A stretch of DNA of 64,000 bases, taken from positions 80,364 to 144,363 of the IMG/VR virus record IMGVR_UViG_3300027741_000025, one strand, 5' to 3'. The notes beneath the pieces were generated by a model, which worked only from the letters and a program-made list of their open reading frames with translations, did not search any database and was not told the DNA's origin. Positions 32,976-42,954 of this stretch are shown piece after piece; position 1 is the first letter of the stretch; each line of letters begins with the position of its first letter. The stretch is from a virus. Position numbers and translations under genes: made by a program.

Positions 32976-33224
32976 ATTATTATCAAATTCAATACTATAT
33001 AAATTGTTAATGGATCCCATTTTTTTTATGTTTTTTAATATGTGGCGCAGCAACAATCTGTTAGAAGTCCTCCAAGTGTAAATGTTACTTTAATAACGCC
33101 GGAGCCGCTGCAGGAGACTTCATGGTAACAAGAACCATCATAGTAATTAACTTCGCACGCCGACTTGCACTCGTCATCATAGCAAACTGTACTTGTCATT
33201 AGTGTGGCTGTTGGCGGTGGTGTA
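32786..33224. repeat. 183-bp inverted repeat formed by the 3' ends of two convergent genes
   Basis: Arms 32786-32968 and 33042-33224, 16 mismatches by manual count; a more diverged second pair lies at ~32255-32600 and ~33500-33845. Confidence 0.95.
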
Positions 33225-36200
33225 TTAGTCGGTATAGCAGTTGGTGTAGCAGTTGGTGTCTTAGCAGGCGTGGCAGCAGGAGTCTTAGTTAGCGTTGGTG
33301 TTGGTGTTGGAGTAAATGTTGGTGTTGGAGTAAATGTTGGTGTTGGTGTTGGTGTTGGTGTTGGTGTCTTAGTTAGTGTGGATGTTGGCGTGGATGTTGG
33401 TGTGGATGTTGGTGTGGATGTAGCTGTTGGTGTTGGTGTTTTGGTAAGTGTTGGAGTTGGTGTCTTGGTAGGTGTGGCTGTTGGTCCTGGTGTAGCTGTT
33501 GGGCAAGGCCCACCAACTACCGGATTGCTGAGCGACCAATAAACTTTATCTCCAAGTGCATTTCCACAACTACCGTCATATGTTGCAGAATTCCACGTTG
33601 CAGTATTTAGTGGGTTTGATGTTACCCAGGAAGAAGGAACAGATATTGTTTGACCTACAAGTCCGTTATAGCTTCCTGTGCCAGCAGTGACTGATCCCAA
33701 TTGTCCTTGTCCACACACATAACTTATTGTAATGGTGCCATTCGGCGTACAAAGATCATTATCAATTATAGTGCATGTCTTGTAGTATGTTCCACTTGTA
33801 GATGAAGATCCATCAAATGCCGAAAATCCTGGGCATACACATCCAGTAGCTGTTGGTGTTGGAGTTTCTGGTCCTGGTGTGGCTGTTGGAGTAGCTGTTG
33901 GCGGGGGCGTAACTGTTGGTGTTGGTGTTATTGCACCTCCACAGCAAAAAGTTATTCCGTCTATTTCATTTGCCAAATTTCCTCTTCCTAAGCAGACATT
34001 GGTATCTGAGAGGACTATGTATTCAGTCACATCTGTGTGGCAGCGACTTATTGGAGGACCAATTAAACACTTTAATTTAGATGCCATTGTCACACAATTT
34101 TGCTCAGACGGTATTAAATTAAGCCCAGCTATAGTTTCTTCTGGTATTGTCACCACTTGTACAGACAAAATTGCGCCGCAGTCCGGAACACAACAATAAT
34201 CGGCTTCACAAGAATATGGAGATGTTGCAACAATGTTAGGCGCATCTCCAAAAGAATTTAGATTTATTTCTTCTACAAAAATTTCTTTAGATTCATCCCA
34301 TGTGCCACCAACTAAGCCTCCAACATAAAAATCATATTTTGCCAAATCACATGCATGACAAGCAGAAAAAACAAACTTCAAATTACTAATGCATCCTGGT
34401 GTGGACGTTGGTCCAGGTGTTAGTGTTGGAGTAGCTGTTGGTTCAAGTGTTTCCGTAGGGGTGGCTGTTAGTGTTGGGGTAGCTGTTGGTCCAGGTGTTT
34501 CCGTAGGGGTGACTGTTAGTGTTGGAGTTGGAGTTGGTCCAAGTGTAACTGTGGCTGTTGGAGTTGGAGTTGGAGTTGGAGTCTTGGTTGGTGTAGCTGT
34601 TGGCGTCTTAGTTGGTGTGGGTGTAGATGTAGGTGTTGCTGTTGGTGTAGCAGTTAGTGTTGGTGTTGGTGTAGCAGTTAGTGTTGGTGTTGGTGTAGCT
34701 GTTAGTGTTGGTGTAGCTGTTAGTGTTGGTGTAGGCGTTGGAGTTGGGGTGGCTGGATTTGGCTCACACCAAACTTGACAAGTACAACTGCTTGTGCAGT
34801 GCTTAGATGAGTCATAAGATAGATTAGGACATCTGCATCCTGGATTGCAGCCATCTTTATCTACTGTATACACATCATCTATATCCCAATAATAATCACA
34901 CACTCCACACGGACCTGTGGTTGGTGTAGGCGTTGGTGTTGGAGTAACATAATATCCCATACAAAACTCATTGCTGTAGCACAAATATTTTGGCAAAATT
35001 GTGGCAGTTGGAGCTGGGGTGGTGGTGGGAGTAGCAGTTGGGGTTGGTGTTGGCAGTAATGGACAATAGGTAATAGAAGAATAATAATAACCGCTATTAT
35101 CTAGTACATATATGTCATTTGGTCTTAAATAAAGTCTGCCTGCGCCTGGACTTCCTGTGTAACTTGAACCTACTGAAAAAGGAGATCCAGATCCTATTCT
35201 TCCAATAAGTTTCATATGACACTCAGAAGGCATTGGAGAAACACCGCCAAAGTTAAAACATCTAAGACCTATAGGGGTAGTATCTCTATCTATTCCATCT
35301 GGATCTGCTATATCTCCGGCTTCGTCCCAAACTGCTGTTCCTGTAGAAGATATTGCTATCGTACATTCGGGGAGTACATCCACACCAGTATCTTGCCAAT
35401 CTCTGGCACAATCCACAGTGAAGTTTGTTGTTATTGTCCCAATATCCATTTTTTCAAAATTAATATAAGAAACAGGGGGAATAATGCTCGAAGAAAGTTT
35501 ATTTTCAATGTTTTCACATACCAATTCAGATTCGGAAACTGACAAAGAAGCCGGATTAGGAACTATCAATTGTGTCTCAGAGTCAAGATCTACAGATATA
35601 ATTTTACAACTACCATTTGCCCATTTCCACATATCATAACCCTTGGTTGGATCCATACCAAATCTTTTACTTGGTGGAAAAGTAGCATTCAATCCAGGCT
35701 CCCACTCCTTGGTCATGTCATCTAAAATTGTGTGAATTCCATCTGCTTTTAGCCCTGTGTTTATACCTACGGTATAGTATTTATTCCATATCAGAGCAGG
35801 ACCTATTACATCCAGAACAACTGTGCCCGTAAAGTTTTTTCCAGAATAAATAGTGAGTCTTGAACCAGAATATATGGCAATTGAGTCAAATGTTGTGTTG
35901 GCAGCATGATTAAAAGCTAAATTATTATCAGGATATTCTCCTATAGAAACATAATCATCTGCATCCAATTTACAATTTGTAGTATGATCATCAGCAAATT
36001 GAGGTCTTTCGTACCAGGTGCATAAAATATGATCGTTAAACAATGCCCCAGTAAAGTGAACATCTCTTGCCCCCAATTCAGGCTTAGGTGTCGGAGGTAT
36101 TACTATGCACTTTTGAGGACAAGCCATTCTAAAACAAACTTGACAATTAACATCAGATGTTACAGAAGGTGTGGATGTTGGCGTTGAGGTAGATGTTGGC

Positions 36201-37576
36201 GTTGAGGTAGATGTTGGCGTTGAGGTAGATGTTGGCGTTGAGGTAGATGTTGGCGTTGAGGTAGATGTTGGCGTTGAGGTAGATGTTGGCGTTGAGGTAG
36301 ATGTTGGCGTTGAGGTAGATGTTGGCGTTGAGGTAGATGTTGGCGTTGAGGTAGATGTTGGCGTTGAGGTAGATGTTGGCGTTGGTATTGGCGTTGAGAC
36401 GGGTATTAAAGATTTTATCGCCATTGTAAAAGCAGAACCAGGACCCACTAAAACCCATGTATCAGATCCTATCTGAACTGGGTCATATCGATCAGAGGTT
36501 GTATTGTCTCCAACTTGTCCGCTGGAGTTATATCCCCATGCCCATAGTGTACCATCACTCTTTATGGCAGTTCCGTGGTTCCAACCTACTCTTGCTGATA
36601 TCCAAGCATCGGATCCTATTTGTACAGGATGATCAACATAATAAGGGCTACTTATTCCATTTCCTAGCTGCCCTGATATATTAACTCCCCACACCCACAT
36701 TGTGCCATTATTTTTTAACGCCACACTATGTTCACCAACATGAGCATAAGCCGATTGCCAGTCGGAATCAGATCCTATTTGAACAGGCGAATACCTATCT
36801 ATGTTTGTTCCATCTCCAAGAGCCCGGGAACTATTTTTACCCCAAGCCCAGAGTGTACCATCACTTTTTATTGCAACGGTATAATTTCCCCCTGCACTCA
36901 CCAAATTCCAAGCATCAGATCCTATTTGAACAGGTGAGTGTTTTCCAACAGTAGTTCCATCTCCAAGTTGTCCGTATGTGTTATCTCCCCAAGCCCATAG
37001 TGTACCATCAGTCTTTACTGCAAGAGTGTGTTTAGCTCCAGTGGTCACAAAATTCCAAGCATCAGATCCTATTTTAATAGGCACAAGACTACCGGTGACT
37101 GTTCCATTTCCAAGATTTCCATGTGTATTATCTCCCCAAGCCCATAATGTTCCGTCATTTTTTATAGCAAGAGTGTGATTGTTTAGAAATTCACCTTTTC
37201 CAGTACTTGCCAATTTCCAAGTGTCAGATCCTATTTGAATAGGCACAAGACTATCAGTGACTGTTCCATTTCCAAGCTTTCCATGTGTATTATCTCCCCA
37301 AGCCCATAATGTTCCGTCATTTTTTATAGCAACGGTATAGCCATATCCTCCACTAACTGATGTCCAATGATATGATCCTATCTGAACAGGCGAATATCTT
37401 TCAGTAGTAGTTCCATCTCCAAGTTGTCCGTATGTGTTATCTCCCCAAGCCCACAACACTCCGGACGAATTGGTTTGTATTGATAAATCATTTTCAAGAT
37501 TAATAAAAGGCTTAGGTGTTGATTTTGCAACACTTTGATTTTTAGAAACTCTATGTATTTTCTTTATCTCAAACAT
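33035..37576 (-). CDS. Large fibre/adhesin-like protein: RCC1 propeller, PT stalks, LecA-like domain, several Cys-rich modules
   Basis: 7 [13 protein letters not shown] repeats; DWQDTGVDV...LIGRIG..PF.VG...[13 protein letters not shown]. Confidence 0.8.
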   Translation of the reverse strand: MFEIKKIHRVSKNQSVAKSTPKPFINLENDLSIQTNSSGVLWAWGDNTYGQLGDGTTTERYSPVQIGSYHWTSVSGGYGYTVAIKNDGTLWAWGDNTHGKLGNGTVTDSLVPIQIGSDTWKLASTGKGEFLNNHTLAIKNDGTLWAWGDNTHGNLGNGTVTGSLVPIKIGSDAWNFVTTGAKHTLAVKTDGTLWAWGDNTYGQLGDGTTVGKHSPVQIGSDAWNLVSAGGNYTVAIKSDGTLWAWGKNSSRALGDGTNIDRYSPVQIGSDSDWQSAYAHVGEHSVALKNNGTMWVWGVNISGQLGNGISSPYYVDHPVQIGSDAWISARVGWNHGTAIKSDGTLWAWGYNSSGQVGDNTTSDRYDPVQIGSDTWVLVGPGSAFTMAIKSLIPVSTPIPTPTSTSTPTSTSTPTSTSTPTSTSTPTSTSTPTSTSTPTSTSTPTSTSTPTSTSTPTSTSTPTSTSTPTSTPSVTSDVNCQVCFRMACPQKCIVIPPTPKPELGARDVHFTGALFNDHILCTWYERPQFADDHTTNCKLDADDYVSIGEYPDNNLAFNHAANTTFDSIAIYSGSRLTIYSGKNFTGTVVLDVIGPALIWNKYYTVGINTGLKADGIHTILDDMTKEWEPGLNATFPPSKRFGMDPTKGYDMWKWANGSCKIISVDLDSETQLIVPNPASLSVSESELVCENIENKLSSSIIPPVSYINFEKMDIGTITTNFTVDCARDWQDTGVDVLPECTIAISSTGTAVWDEAGDIADPDGIDRDTTPIGLRCFNFGGVSPMPSECHMKLIGRIGSGSPFSVGSSYTGSPGAGRLYLRPNDIYVLDNSGYYYSSITYCPLLPTPTPTATPTTTPAPTATILPKYLCYSNEFCMGYYVTPTPTPTPTTGPCGVCDYYWDIDDVYTVDKDGCNPGCRCPNLSYDSSKHCTSSCTCQVWCEPNPATPTPTPTPTLTATPTLTATPTPTLTATPTPTLTATPTATPTSTPTPTKTPTATPTKTPTPTPTPTATVTLGPTPTPTLTVTPTETPGPTATPTLTATPTETLEPTATPTLTPGPTSTPGCISNLKFVFSACHACDLAKYDFYVGGLVGGTWDESKEIFVEEINLNSFGDAPNIVATSPYSCEADYCCVPDCGAILSVQVVTIPEETIAGLNLIPSEQNCVTMASKLKCLIGPPISRCHTDVTEYIVLSDTNVCLGRGNLANEIDGITFCCGGAITPTPTVTPPPTATPTATPGPETPTPTATGCVCPGFSAFDGSSSTSGTYYKTCTIIDNDLCTPNGTITISYVCGQGQLGSVTAGTGSYNGLVGQTISVPSSWVTSNPLNTATWNSATYDGSCGNALGDKVYWSLSNPVVGGPCPTATPGPTATPTKTPTPTLTKTPTPTATSTPTSTPTSTPTSTLTKTPTPTPTPTPTFTPTPTFTPTPTPTLTKTPAATPAKTPTATPTAIPTNTPPPTATLMTSTVCYDDECKSACEVNYYDGSCYHEVSCSGSGVIKVTFTLGGLLTDCCCATY
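36174..36384. repeat. Perfect 18-bp tandem repeat x11
   Basis: gatgttggcgttgaggta repeated with no mismatch (TSTPTS). Confidence 0.95.
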
Positions 37577-37606
37577 ACTTTATATATCAGTTATTAAACA
37601 AATAAA

Positions 37607-38251
37607 TCAAGGAGATATAACTCTAATTAAACTTCCATAAATAATTGCATAACCTGTATGAGAGTCAGCAGTGCTAGGTTTTGACACACTAAAACTAACT
37701 ATAGTTCCCTCATAAATTGCATTTTGTGGAATTTCCAAAACATGCCTTGCTCCCGAACTGTTACTCTGAAGTATGGAGTCTTGGTAATAAGCCTGATAAT
37801 CTTGATGATTTCCAAACCTTATCACAGGACTATCTCCAGGAGATTGTATTGTTTTGGTCACAATCTCCATGGAATCTATTAAAAACATAAAATCAGGGGG
37901 AACTTCAAATATATCCGTCTCTACGATAGTTTTAAAATCTATTACCGAAGATCTGACTGAGGTCTTTTGAACAAAATCAGCATTATCACCTAAAATTAAA
38001 GGACTTGACGCTTGATTTGCATAGTTTAATTGTGACCAATAGTGTATTCCGTCGCCTATTTTGTACAAACCTGTGTCTATTTCAAAACCAGGCTCACCAG
38101 AATCCAACAAAGGATCTTTATTAATCCACTCTTGGGCGGTTCCTCTTCTGAATTGAATTAATGCTTTTAATTCTCTTTGATAACTCACCTCGCGTGGCGT
38201 GATAGAATTTGATACTCTTGGTCTTAATTCGCTCATTTTTTGCTCCATCAA
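37607..38251 (-). CDS. Mtd_N-domain protein with beta-sandwich C-terminus
   Basis: IQFRRGTAQEWINKDPLLDSGEPGFEIDTGLYKIGDG..W..LNY. Confidence 0.8.
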   Translation of the reverse strand: MMEQKMSELRPRVSNSITPREVSYQRELKALIQFRRGTAQEWINKDPLLDSGEPGFEIDTGLYKIGDGIHYWSQLNYANQASSPLILGDNADFVQKTSVRSSVIDFKTIVETDIFEVPPDFMFLIDSMEIVTKTIQSPGDSPVIRFGNHQDYQAYYQDSILQSNSSGARHVLEIPQNAIYEGTIVSFSVSKPSTADSHTGYAIIYGSLIRVISP

Positions 38252-38294
38252 TTTTGATGTTTAATTTATATATGAAAAATTAATATATAAATAT

Positions 38295-38816
38295 ATGGAC
38301 TATACATTTGTTGGTAATGGAAAATTAAGATTTTTTGGTTGTCCCATAATAAATGTTGAAAAACTTTACCCATCAAAGTTTTCAATAGGAGAAATTCTGT
38401 ACCCAATAAGAAAAGCCAGATTGGGAATATTAGAAAAAGTGGCAATCAAAAAGGTCCTTTTGAATTTCAAAGACAGCCAACCAATTTTTATTTATAAAGA
38501 CACATTCAATAGTCTTCATGAAGAAGAAGAGCTTTGTAGATACTTAGAAGCCCAACAAGAAGTCGAAAGCTTTAATTCTTATGTAGAAGCACTATTAATG
38601 AACAGTGGTGGATGTGGAGTAACAGAATACTTCACAAATGTTACTGCTTCCTCAAGAACAACAATGGGAACAACAAGAACTTTAAGAAAGCTTAAGGCAC
38701 TTATCAATAATCTACGCTCAGATAACTTTAAAACAGGATATATTGATAATGATGTAAAGGCATCAGAAATAATTAAGGAAATAGACTCGCTACTGTTAGA
38801 TGGAGGCTCACCCTGA
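38295..38816 (+). CDS. Hypothetical protein ending DGGSP
   Basis: Full ORF with TAATATATA upstream. Confidence 0.6.
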   Translation: MDYTFVGNGKLRFFGCPIINVEKLYPSKFSIGEILYPIRKARLGILEKVAIKKVLLNFKDSQPIFIYKDTFNSLHEEEELCRYLEAQQEVESFNSYVEALLMNSGGCGVTEYFTNVTASSRTTMGTTRTLRKLKALINNLRSDNFKTGYIDNDVKASEIIKEIDSLLLDGGSP

Positions 38817-38834
38817 TATAGAAAGGATTCTATT

Positions 38835-39014
38835 GTGCGCAATTTACCAAAAAAAATAAAAGATTTAAATAATAATAAACAAGAAATAAAAAACGTTACA
38901 ACCTATTGCACAAACAATAAAAACTGCAAGTATAAACTATCTTCGCCAGTTGCATTAAGGGGTATAGAAGAAAAATATAGAAGAAACATCAAATTTGATG
39001 GTGGATCACCATAA
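38835..39014 (+). CDS. 59-aa hypothetical protein ending DGGSP (absent from ORF track)
   Basis: AAGGA SD, GTG start, ends IKFDGGSP*. Confidence 0.55.
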   Translation: MRNLPKKIKDLNNNKQEIKNVTTYCTNNKNCKYKLSSPVALRGIEEKYRRNIKFDGGSP

Positions 39015-39539
39015 TTATTCAGAAATGATTTCTATATCGCCAGAAGGATTTTCTGTCAGAAGCTTTTCTTCTTGAACTTGAGTTTCTTCAGTCTCGATTT
39101 GCTCCAGTTTTCCAGCCTCGGTAACTACATCTGGCTGATCTAGGATTAATTTTTCTTTCATTTTAGTTTTAGATCCTTTTTTTGCTTTTTTCTTTTTAGC
39201 TCTCTTAGCCTTTTTTTTATCTTTATTATTTATTAAACCATCCTCTTTTTTTTCATGATTTATTTTAATTTCTTCAACAATTTCTTCTGTTTTGGCTTCT
39301 TCTTTGACTTCTTCAATCAATTTTAGTAAACATATTGGTGTTTTAACCAGTGTCATAAAATAGCTATCGCCCTTAAACCTTCTTCTTGGTCCAACCCTGG
39401 TAAATCCTTCAATCGAAGGCTTTGGAAGAGACAAGTCTGCGTCGGTATTGTTTTCATAAATAAAAACACCTTCTCCAGCCATCAACCTTGTCATTTTTTC
39501 TTTTTTCTTTTCAGCAGATAATTTTTTACCGTATTTCAT
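39015..39539 (-). CDS. Hypothetical charged protein
   Basis: GAGGA SD; Lys- and Glu-rich tracts. Confidence 0.6.
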   Translation of the reverse strand: MKYGKKLSAEKKKEKMTRLMAGEGVFIYENNTDADLSLPKPSIEGFTRVGPRRRFKGDSYFMTLVKTPICLLKLIEEVKEEAKTEEIVEEIKINHEKKEDGLINNKDKKKAKRAKKKKAKKGSKTKMKEKLILDQPDVVTEAGKLEQIETEETQVQEEKLLTENPSGDIEIISE

Positions 39540-39578
39540 TTTTTTCCTCTATGTCTTTAGATGAGTATAAAATACTAA

Positions 39579-40007
39579 TTAATCTTGAATTTTAAATATT
39601 CCAGATCTTATTCTTTTGATTTCTTTTCCATCTTTTTTATATAACTTTTTAATATTATTCAAATAATTATATAAATTTGCTGTTGTTACATCATAATCTT
39701 TAAATTTGTTTTTAAGATTATTGAAATTCAAAAAACTATCTTTTTCAAAAGACTTCATAATATATGATTTTATATCATTGGAAAGATTGTCGTTTTTCTT
39801 TGAAATTTTCTTATCATTAAAAGTGTGATCAGATATAGCAGCTGATAAATTCTTTAAAGAAAGCGTTTTCTGTCCTTTAAAAACAACTTTTGCAATTTCT
39901 TTAAAAAGAATCTTTTTAAATTTTGAAATTTTTGAGTAATTATTAAAATTCAAATAAAGATTTCTTTCATCAAACGTTTTTATTCTTAAGCAATATTTTT
40001 TGTTCAT
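39579..40007 (-). CDS. Hypothetical basic protein, possible C-terminal winged helix
   Basis: Full ORF; helix-helix-wing-like ending RIRSGIFKI. Confidence 0.5.
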   Translation of the reverse strand: MNKKYCLRIKTFDERNLYLNFNNYSKISKFKKILFKEIAKVVFKGQKTLSLKNLSAAISDHTFNDKKISKKNDNLSNDIKSYIMKSFEKDSFLNFNNLKNKFKDYDVTTANLYNYLNNIKKLYKKDGKEIKRIRSGIFKIQD

Positions 40008-40056
40008 TGAATTTTCCTAATTTAGGATTATAATATATATAAATTCCGAAATCAAG

Positions 40057-40524
40057 ATGGATAAATATAGTATGGCTAATAAAGTTGAAGAAGCAATCAG
40101 TAGAATGAAAAAAATAGCACAAATGCTAATTCCAAAAACATTCCCAAATGTTTCTATGGACTATGATCAAGATCTGCTTGTATTAAAATCTTCTGAGCTA
40201 GTTGTTGATGGGTATACCGTTGTTTTATTTCATTCGATTTCTGATTTTACAGATCATAAAATAAAATCATTACAAATACATTCAAAAAATCATCAATTTT
40301 TACCTTTCAATGTTGCTTGTAAAATAGCAAAAAAGTTTCTTGGAAATAAATACATATCCTTAATAGAAATTTTTTCAAATAACAGAAAAATTTATTGCTG
40401 GACCCAGGTTTGTGATGAAAAAGAAAATCCAATAATGAATCCATATAGTGGAGAATATGAACATAAAGAGTTTGGGGACTTTGATTACTATTTATTAGAA
40501 CCAAACAATGTAAATTTCTATTAG
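40057..40524 (+). CDS. Hypothetical protein
   Basis: Full ORF. Confidence 0.55.
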   Translation: MDKYSMANKVEEAISRMKKIAQMLIPKTFPNVSMDYDQDLLVLKSSELVVDGYTVVLFHSISDFTDHKIKSLQIHSKNHQFLPFNVACKIAKKFLGNKYISLIEIFSNNRKIYCWTQVCDEKENPIMNPYSGEYEHKEFGDFDYYLLEPNNVNFY

Positions 40525-40603
40525 TCTATTGAACAAATAAAATAACTTTGCTAAACTACATTTGAGTGTTCTTTTTTTGTTTGTTACTTTTTAAGGAAAA
40601 TTT

Positions 40604-40861
40604 ATGAAGAATCCAGATAATTTTATAAAAGAATATGTTATTAATTTAAATGAAGAAGATATAAAATTCTTATATTTGAGACTATCCGAAAGACTCTTGG
40701 GTGATATAAGCGAAGCTGTAAATTTTTTAGACAAAAATAATGATTTTTCGAAGTGGTTTTATGGTGCTAAATCTTCTAACGACCTATACGATATGGTTGA
40801 CAAAGTGTTCAAGTTTGTAGAAAAAGAACATAATAAAAGATTCCAGTTAATCAAAAATTGA
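40604..40861 (+). CDS. Hypothetical protein
   Basis: AAGGA SD; full ORF. Confidence 0.55.
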   Translation: MKNPDNFIKEYVINLNEEDIKFLYLRLSERLLGDISEAVNFLDKNNDFSKWFYGAKSSNDLYDMVDKVFKFVEKEHNKRFQLIKN

Positions 40862-40911
40862 TTTGTCCAACTGTTGTTTGTTGGACTGTTACTCTTATTG
40901 GAATCTTGAAA

Positions 40912-42954
40912 ATGGGCGAATTAATAGAAATTTCAGACAGTGATACTATCTACCCAACCAAAAAGTATCCTCACGCAACTTGGGATTTTGAAAACTTTAA
41001 TTGTGTCCAATCAAGACTATTAGAATATTATGAAAAAGATATAAATGGAATTGTCGCAGCAAATACAAGTGCAGGCAAAACTGTTTGTTCTGAACTCTTT
41101 TTAGCTGATGAGATCAGGAGAAGAGGTGGCAAAGGAATGATGCTGGTGCCTATCAAGGCGCTGGCTCAAGAGCGATATGACGATTGGACAAGCAAAGAGC
41201 ATCATTTTTCTGATTTAAAAACAGCAATATGTACAGGAGACTATAAGCTAGGAAAGGAAGATTCGTTAGATGATGCAGATCTAATCATAATGACTTCTGA
41301 GATGCTTAATAGCAAAAGCAGAAATAAAAATAATGAATTCATTAAATCTGTCAAGACATTGATAATTGATGAAAGTCATTTGATTACAACTCCAGGCAGA
41401 GGAGACCACATAGAAGTTGGTTTGATAAACTTCTCAGAATTAAATCCAGACGCAAGAATTATTCTGCTATCTGCGACAATGCCAAATGTAAATGAAATAG
41501 CAAATTGGCTTCGTCAACTGATGCCGAATAAAGATTGTTTTATATTGAATTCAAAATATCGTCCTTGTCCACTAAACGTTCATTATGAAATATATGATGA
41601 CGACAATAAAACCTATGATCGGAATGAACAAGAAAAAGTATTTAAAGCAATCGAGATAGTAAAATACTATCCAGAAGATAAATTCATTATATTTGTACAC
41701 ACAAAGAAAACAGGCGAAAGCATAAAAAACAATCTGTTGAAAGATAAAATTGAAACAGAATTCCATAATGCAAATCTCGAAAAAGCTAAACGAGTTGCAC
41801 TAGAAGATAAATTCAAAAACGATCCAAAATTCAGAGTAATAATTGCAACATCTACACTTGCATGTGGTCTTAATCTTCCTGCTAGGCGGGTGGTCATAGC
41901 TGGTGTTCATAGGGGATTGGAAGAGGTGGAGACCTACAATATCATTCAAATGTGTGGTAGAGCAGGGCGACCAAGATTCGACAAAGCAGGTGATGCTTAC
42001 ATACTACTTCCAGAATCTACTTTTGATAAACACAAAGAAAGACTGCGTAGAAAAGAAAAAATTGAATCTCAGTTGCTTAAAAACGACTTTGGACACTACA
42101 AAGTATTAGCGTTTCATCTGGTGAATGAAATCAACAACAAATCTATCAAAACAACTGAAGACATACATGCTTGGTATGAAAAGACACTGTGTAACTTTCA
42201 ATCAAAAAGTCTAAACACATCTATTTTAGATAAAACAATAGAATCTCTCGTCAAAAGAGGAATCATATACAAATATGAAGATCAGTGGAAAACAACAATA
42301 GTTGGAAAAATATCCAGCATGTACTATTATGCTCCGTTTGATGTTGCCGATTTAAAATCTAATTTACAAACAATAACACAATACAACCTTTTTAATAATG
42401 ACTATCTACTTTCATTTTTCTTAGGAAATATAGATTCAAATAAATCTGGCATCTTGTCTAGGGCGGAGAAAGATGAAATTTCTCTTTATAACTCAAGATT
42501 AGAAGGACACTTAAAACAGCTTGGGATAAAAGTATTTAAAACAGACAGTAGCATAAAATATGCTGCGTGTTATTATAATTTATTGATGGGTTTGCCCAGT
42601 CCAAACATGAGCAATGTTTTAAGAGGACTTCAAATGGACTTCCCCAGAACTCTTGAAGTATTAAAACAAATCAACAACATGGATCTTAAAGAAAATATAA
42701 GAGAAGATCTTGAAGTTGTTGGATTAAGAATTCAAAATGGAGTTCCAAGACATCTTGTGAATCTTTGTAGAATTAAGAATATTGGCAAGCAAAGAGCCAA
42801 AAAGCTTTATGAATCAAACATTAAAGATATAGCAGGAATTATAGAAGCCCCTGTTGCTAAGCTGAAGACGTTATTGAATATGAAGGAAGATAAAATCAAA
42901 GAAATAATAGAAGATGCCAAAAAACTATCCGCATCCACAGCTATTTTTGCCTAA
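40912..42954 (+). CDS. Ski2-like/Hel308-type DExH helicase with C-terminal HhH
   Basis: ANTSAGKT, IIDESH, LSATMPN, ATSTLACGLNLPA, QMCGRAGRP, IKNIGKQRAKKL. Confidence 0.9.
   Translation: MGELIEISDSDTIYPTKKYPHATWDFENFNCVQSRLLEYYEKDINGIVAANTSAGKTVCSELFLADEIRRRGGKGMMLVPIKALAQERYDDWTSKEHHFSDLKTAICTGDYKLGKEDSLDDADLIIMTSEMLNSKSRNKNNEFIKSVKTLIIDESHLITTPGRGDHIEVGLINFSELNPDARIILLSATMPNVNEIANWLRQLMPNKDCFILNSKYRPCPLNVHYEIYDDDNKTYDRNEQEKVFKAIEIVKYYPEDKFIIFVHTKKTGESIKNNLLKDKIETEFHNANLEKAKRVALEDKFKNDPKFRVIIATSTLACGLNLPARRVVIAGVHRGLEEVETYNIIQMCGRAGRPRFDKAGDAYILLPESTFDKHKERLRRKEKIESQLLKNDFGHYKVLAFHLVNEINNKSIKTTEDIHAWYEKTLCNFQSKSLNTSILDKTIESLVKRGIIYKYEDQWKTTIVGKISSMYYYAPFDVADLKSNLQTITQYNLFNNDYLLSFFLGNIDSNKSGILSRAEKDEISLYNSRLEGHLKQLGIKVFKTDSSIKYAACYYNLLMGLPSPNMSNVLRGLQMDFPRTLEVLKQINNMDLKENIREDLEVVGLRIQNGVPRHLVNLCRIKNIGKQRAKKLYESNIKDIAGIIEAPVAKLKTLLNMKEDKIKEIIEDAKKLSASTAIFA

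Noticed and set aside
6804-33224. Diversity-generating retroelement, suggested by Mtd_N domains and paired repeats
   Set aside because: No reverse transcriptase or Avd in the window, both copies of each repeat are coding, and mismatches in the 183-bp arms are not adenine-specific
36174-36384. CRISPR-like array
   Set aside because: Contiguous repeats without spacers, inside a CDS; no cas genes
5412-36476. VGVAVG-rich, HQ-rich and ANIYLN ORFs in the track
   Set aside because: Antisense or alternate-frame shadows of the PT tandem repeats
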